Below, one piece after another: positions 63,234-64,000 of a stretch of 64,000 bases of DNA; position 1 is the first letter of the stretch, and each line of letters starts with the position of its first letter. Source of the DNA: Sphyrna mokarran (lineage: Eukaryota); contig JAGIQG010000017.1 of the NCBI GenBank assembly GCA_024679065.1, forward strand, positions 37,882,001 to 37,946,000. The letters run 5' to 3'. The position numbers and the translations under genes were made by a program. Below the pieces are notes generated by a model. That model searched no databases. It was not told where the DNA came from and saw nothing but the letters and a program-made list of their open reading frames with translations.

Positions 63234-63980
63234 GGTGGCATGGTGGCACAGTGGCTAACACTGCTGCCTCACAGAGCCAGGGGCTTGGGTTCGATTCTGG
63301 CTTTGGCCAACTGTCTGTGTGAAGTCTGCACATTTTTCCCATGTCTATGTGGGTTTCCTCCAGGTGCTCCAGTTTTCTCCCACAGTCCCAAAATGTGTAC
63401 ATTAGGGAGAATAGCCAGGATTTGGTCCACCTTGTTGTCTAACGAGGGGCATACACGCGATGGTCGTGAGAGGGCTGCTCTTGGATCTTTTTCAAGAGTA
63501 TCCTAGTGCTTCACGTCGTTAGTGTATGCTTGACCTGGACCATTTGATGGGCAACACGACAGCTCAGTGACTATCGTTGTGCTGTGCAGATACATGGATT
63601 TGGGCCTGTGTCTGTGGGAGTTTGCGCATTCTCCCTGTGCTTGCGTGGGTTTTCTCCGGGCGCTCCGGTTTCCTCCCACATTCCAAAGATGTGCTCTTAG
63701 GCCAATTGGCAAAACAGATTCTCCCTAAATTGTCTCAAATTTGGTTTTTAATCCATAGATCTATAAACATGGACAGGGATTGCGGGTACAGGTGGGAACA
63801 TCGGGGTGGCGGCGCGGGCTCGTTGGGCCGAAGGGCCTGTTTCCCGTGCTTCTTTGTTCTTTGTTCTTTGATAAGTGCATTGAGTTATGGAGGTAGGACG
63901 TGGATACGATGCTCTGTCAGAGAGTTCAAGCAGATTTGATGGACCAAATGGCCTCTTTCTGCACTGTAGGGATTCTACGG
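63234..63980 (+). mobile_element. HE1-type SINE split by an insert of about 450 bp (63422-63869) that ends in a second HE1-like SINE
   Basis: Host 5' part ends atagccaggat and resumes gataagtgc...ctgcactgtagggattcta. The inner SINE (63549-63869) has the HE1 core and a gggccgaagggcctgtt...(ttctttg)n CR1-like tail. Confidence 0.75.
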
Positions 63981-64000
63981 TAGGGTAGCTTCACTTGGGA

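Noticed and set aside
675-63939. Recurrent ORFs such as MAQWLALLPHS and CGRKLEHPEETH as a multigene family
   Set aside because: These are translations of HE1 SINE copies.

Overview
Vertebrate genomic DNA, almost certainly from a shark (elasmobranch): about 25 HE1-type SINEs, CR1/HER1-like LINE ends, Deu-domain SINEs and Penelope remnants. The whole window lies inside one + strand gene, INPP5A (type I inositol 1,4,5-trisphosphate 5-phosphatase). Five internal coding exons are visible (12184-12279, 12372-12446, 32145-32218, 51417-51528, 59708-59775), matching human exons of about 10-14. The preceding exon and the last CaaX-encoding exon were not found. Almost all other ORFs in the track are repeat-derived or chance. 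Most notable: (1) the last visible exon is 1 nt short in a G run inside the conserved GDHK motif; (2) a near-perfect 107-bp-arm palindromic insertion carries minimal hammerhead ribozyme cores, one of several Penelope-derived hammerhead-bearing insertions; (3) an inverted SINE pair tightly flanks an in-frame 171-nt exon pair, a circRNA-type layout; (4) a hAT deletion derivative with TIRs and an 8-bp TSD is nested in a SINE inside an L2; (5) an unexplained 120-nt structured leader is fused to a SINE; (6) SINE-free, CpG-retaining intronic blocks look like conserved enhancers. I cannot establish a new biological system; these are leads. Repeat names come from recalled motifs, not database searches, and repeat boundaries are approximate unless a TSD is given.
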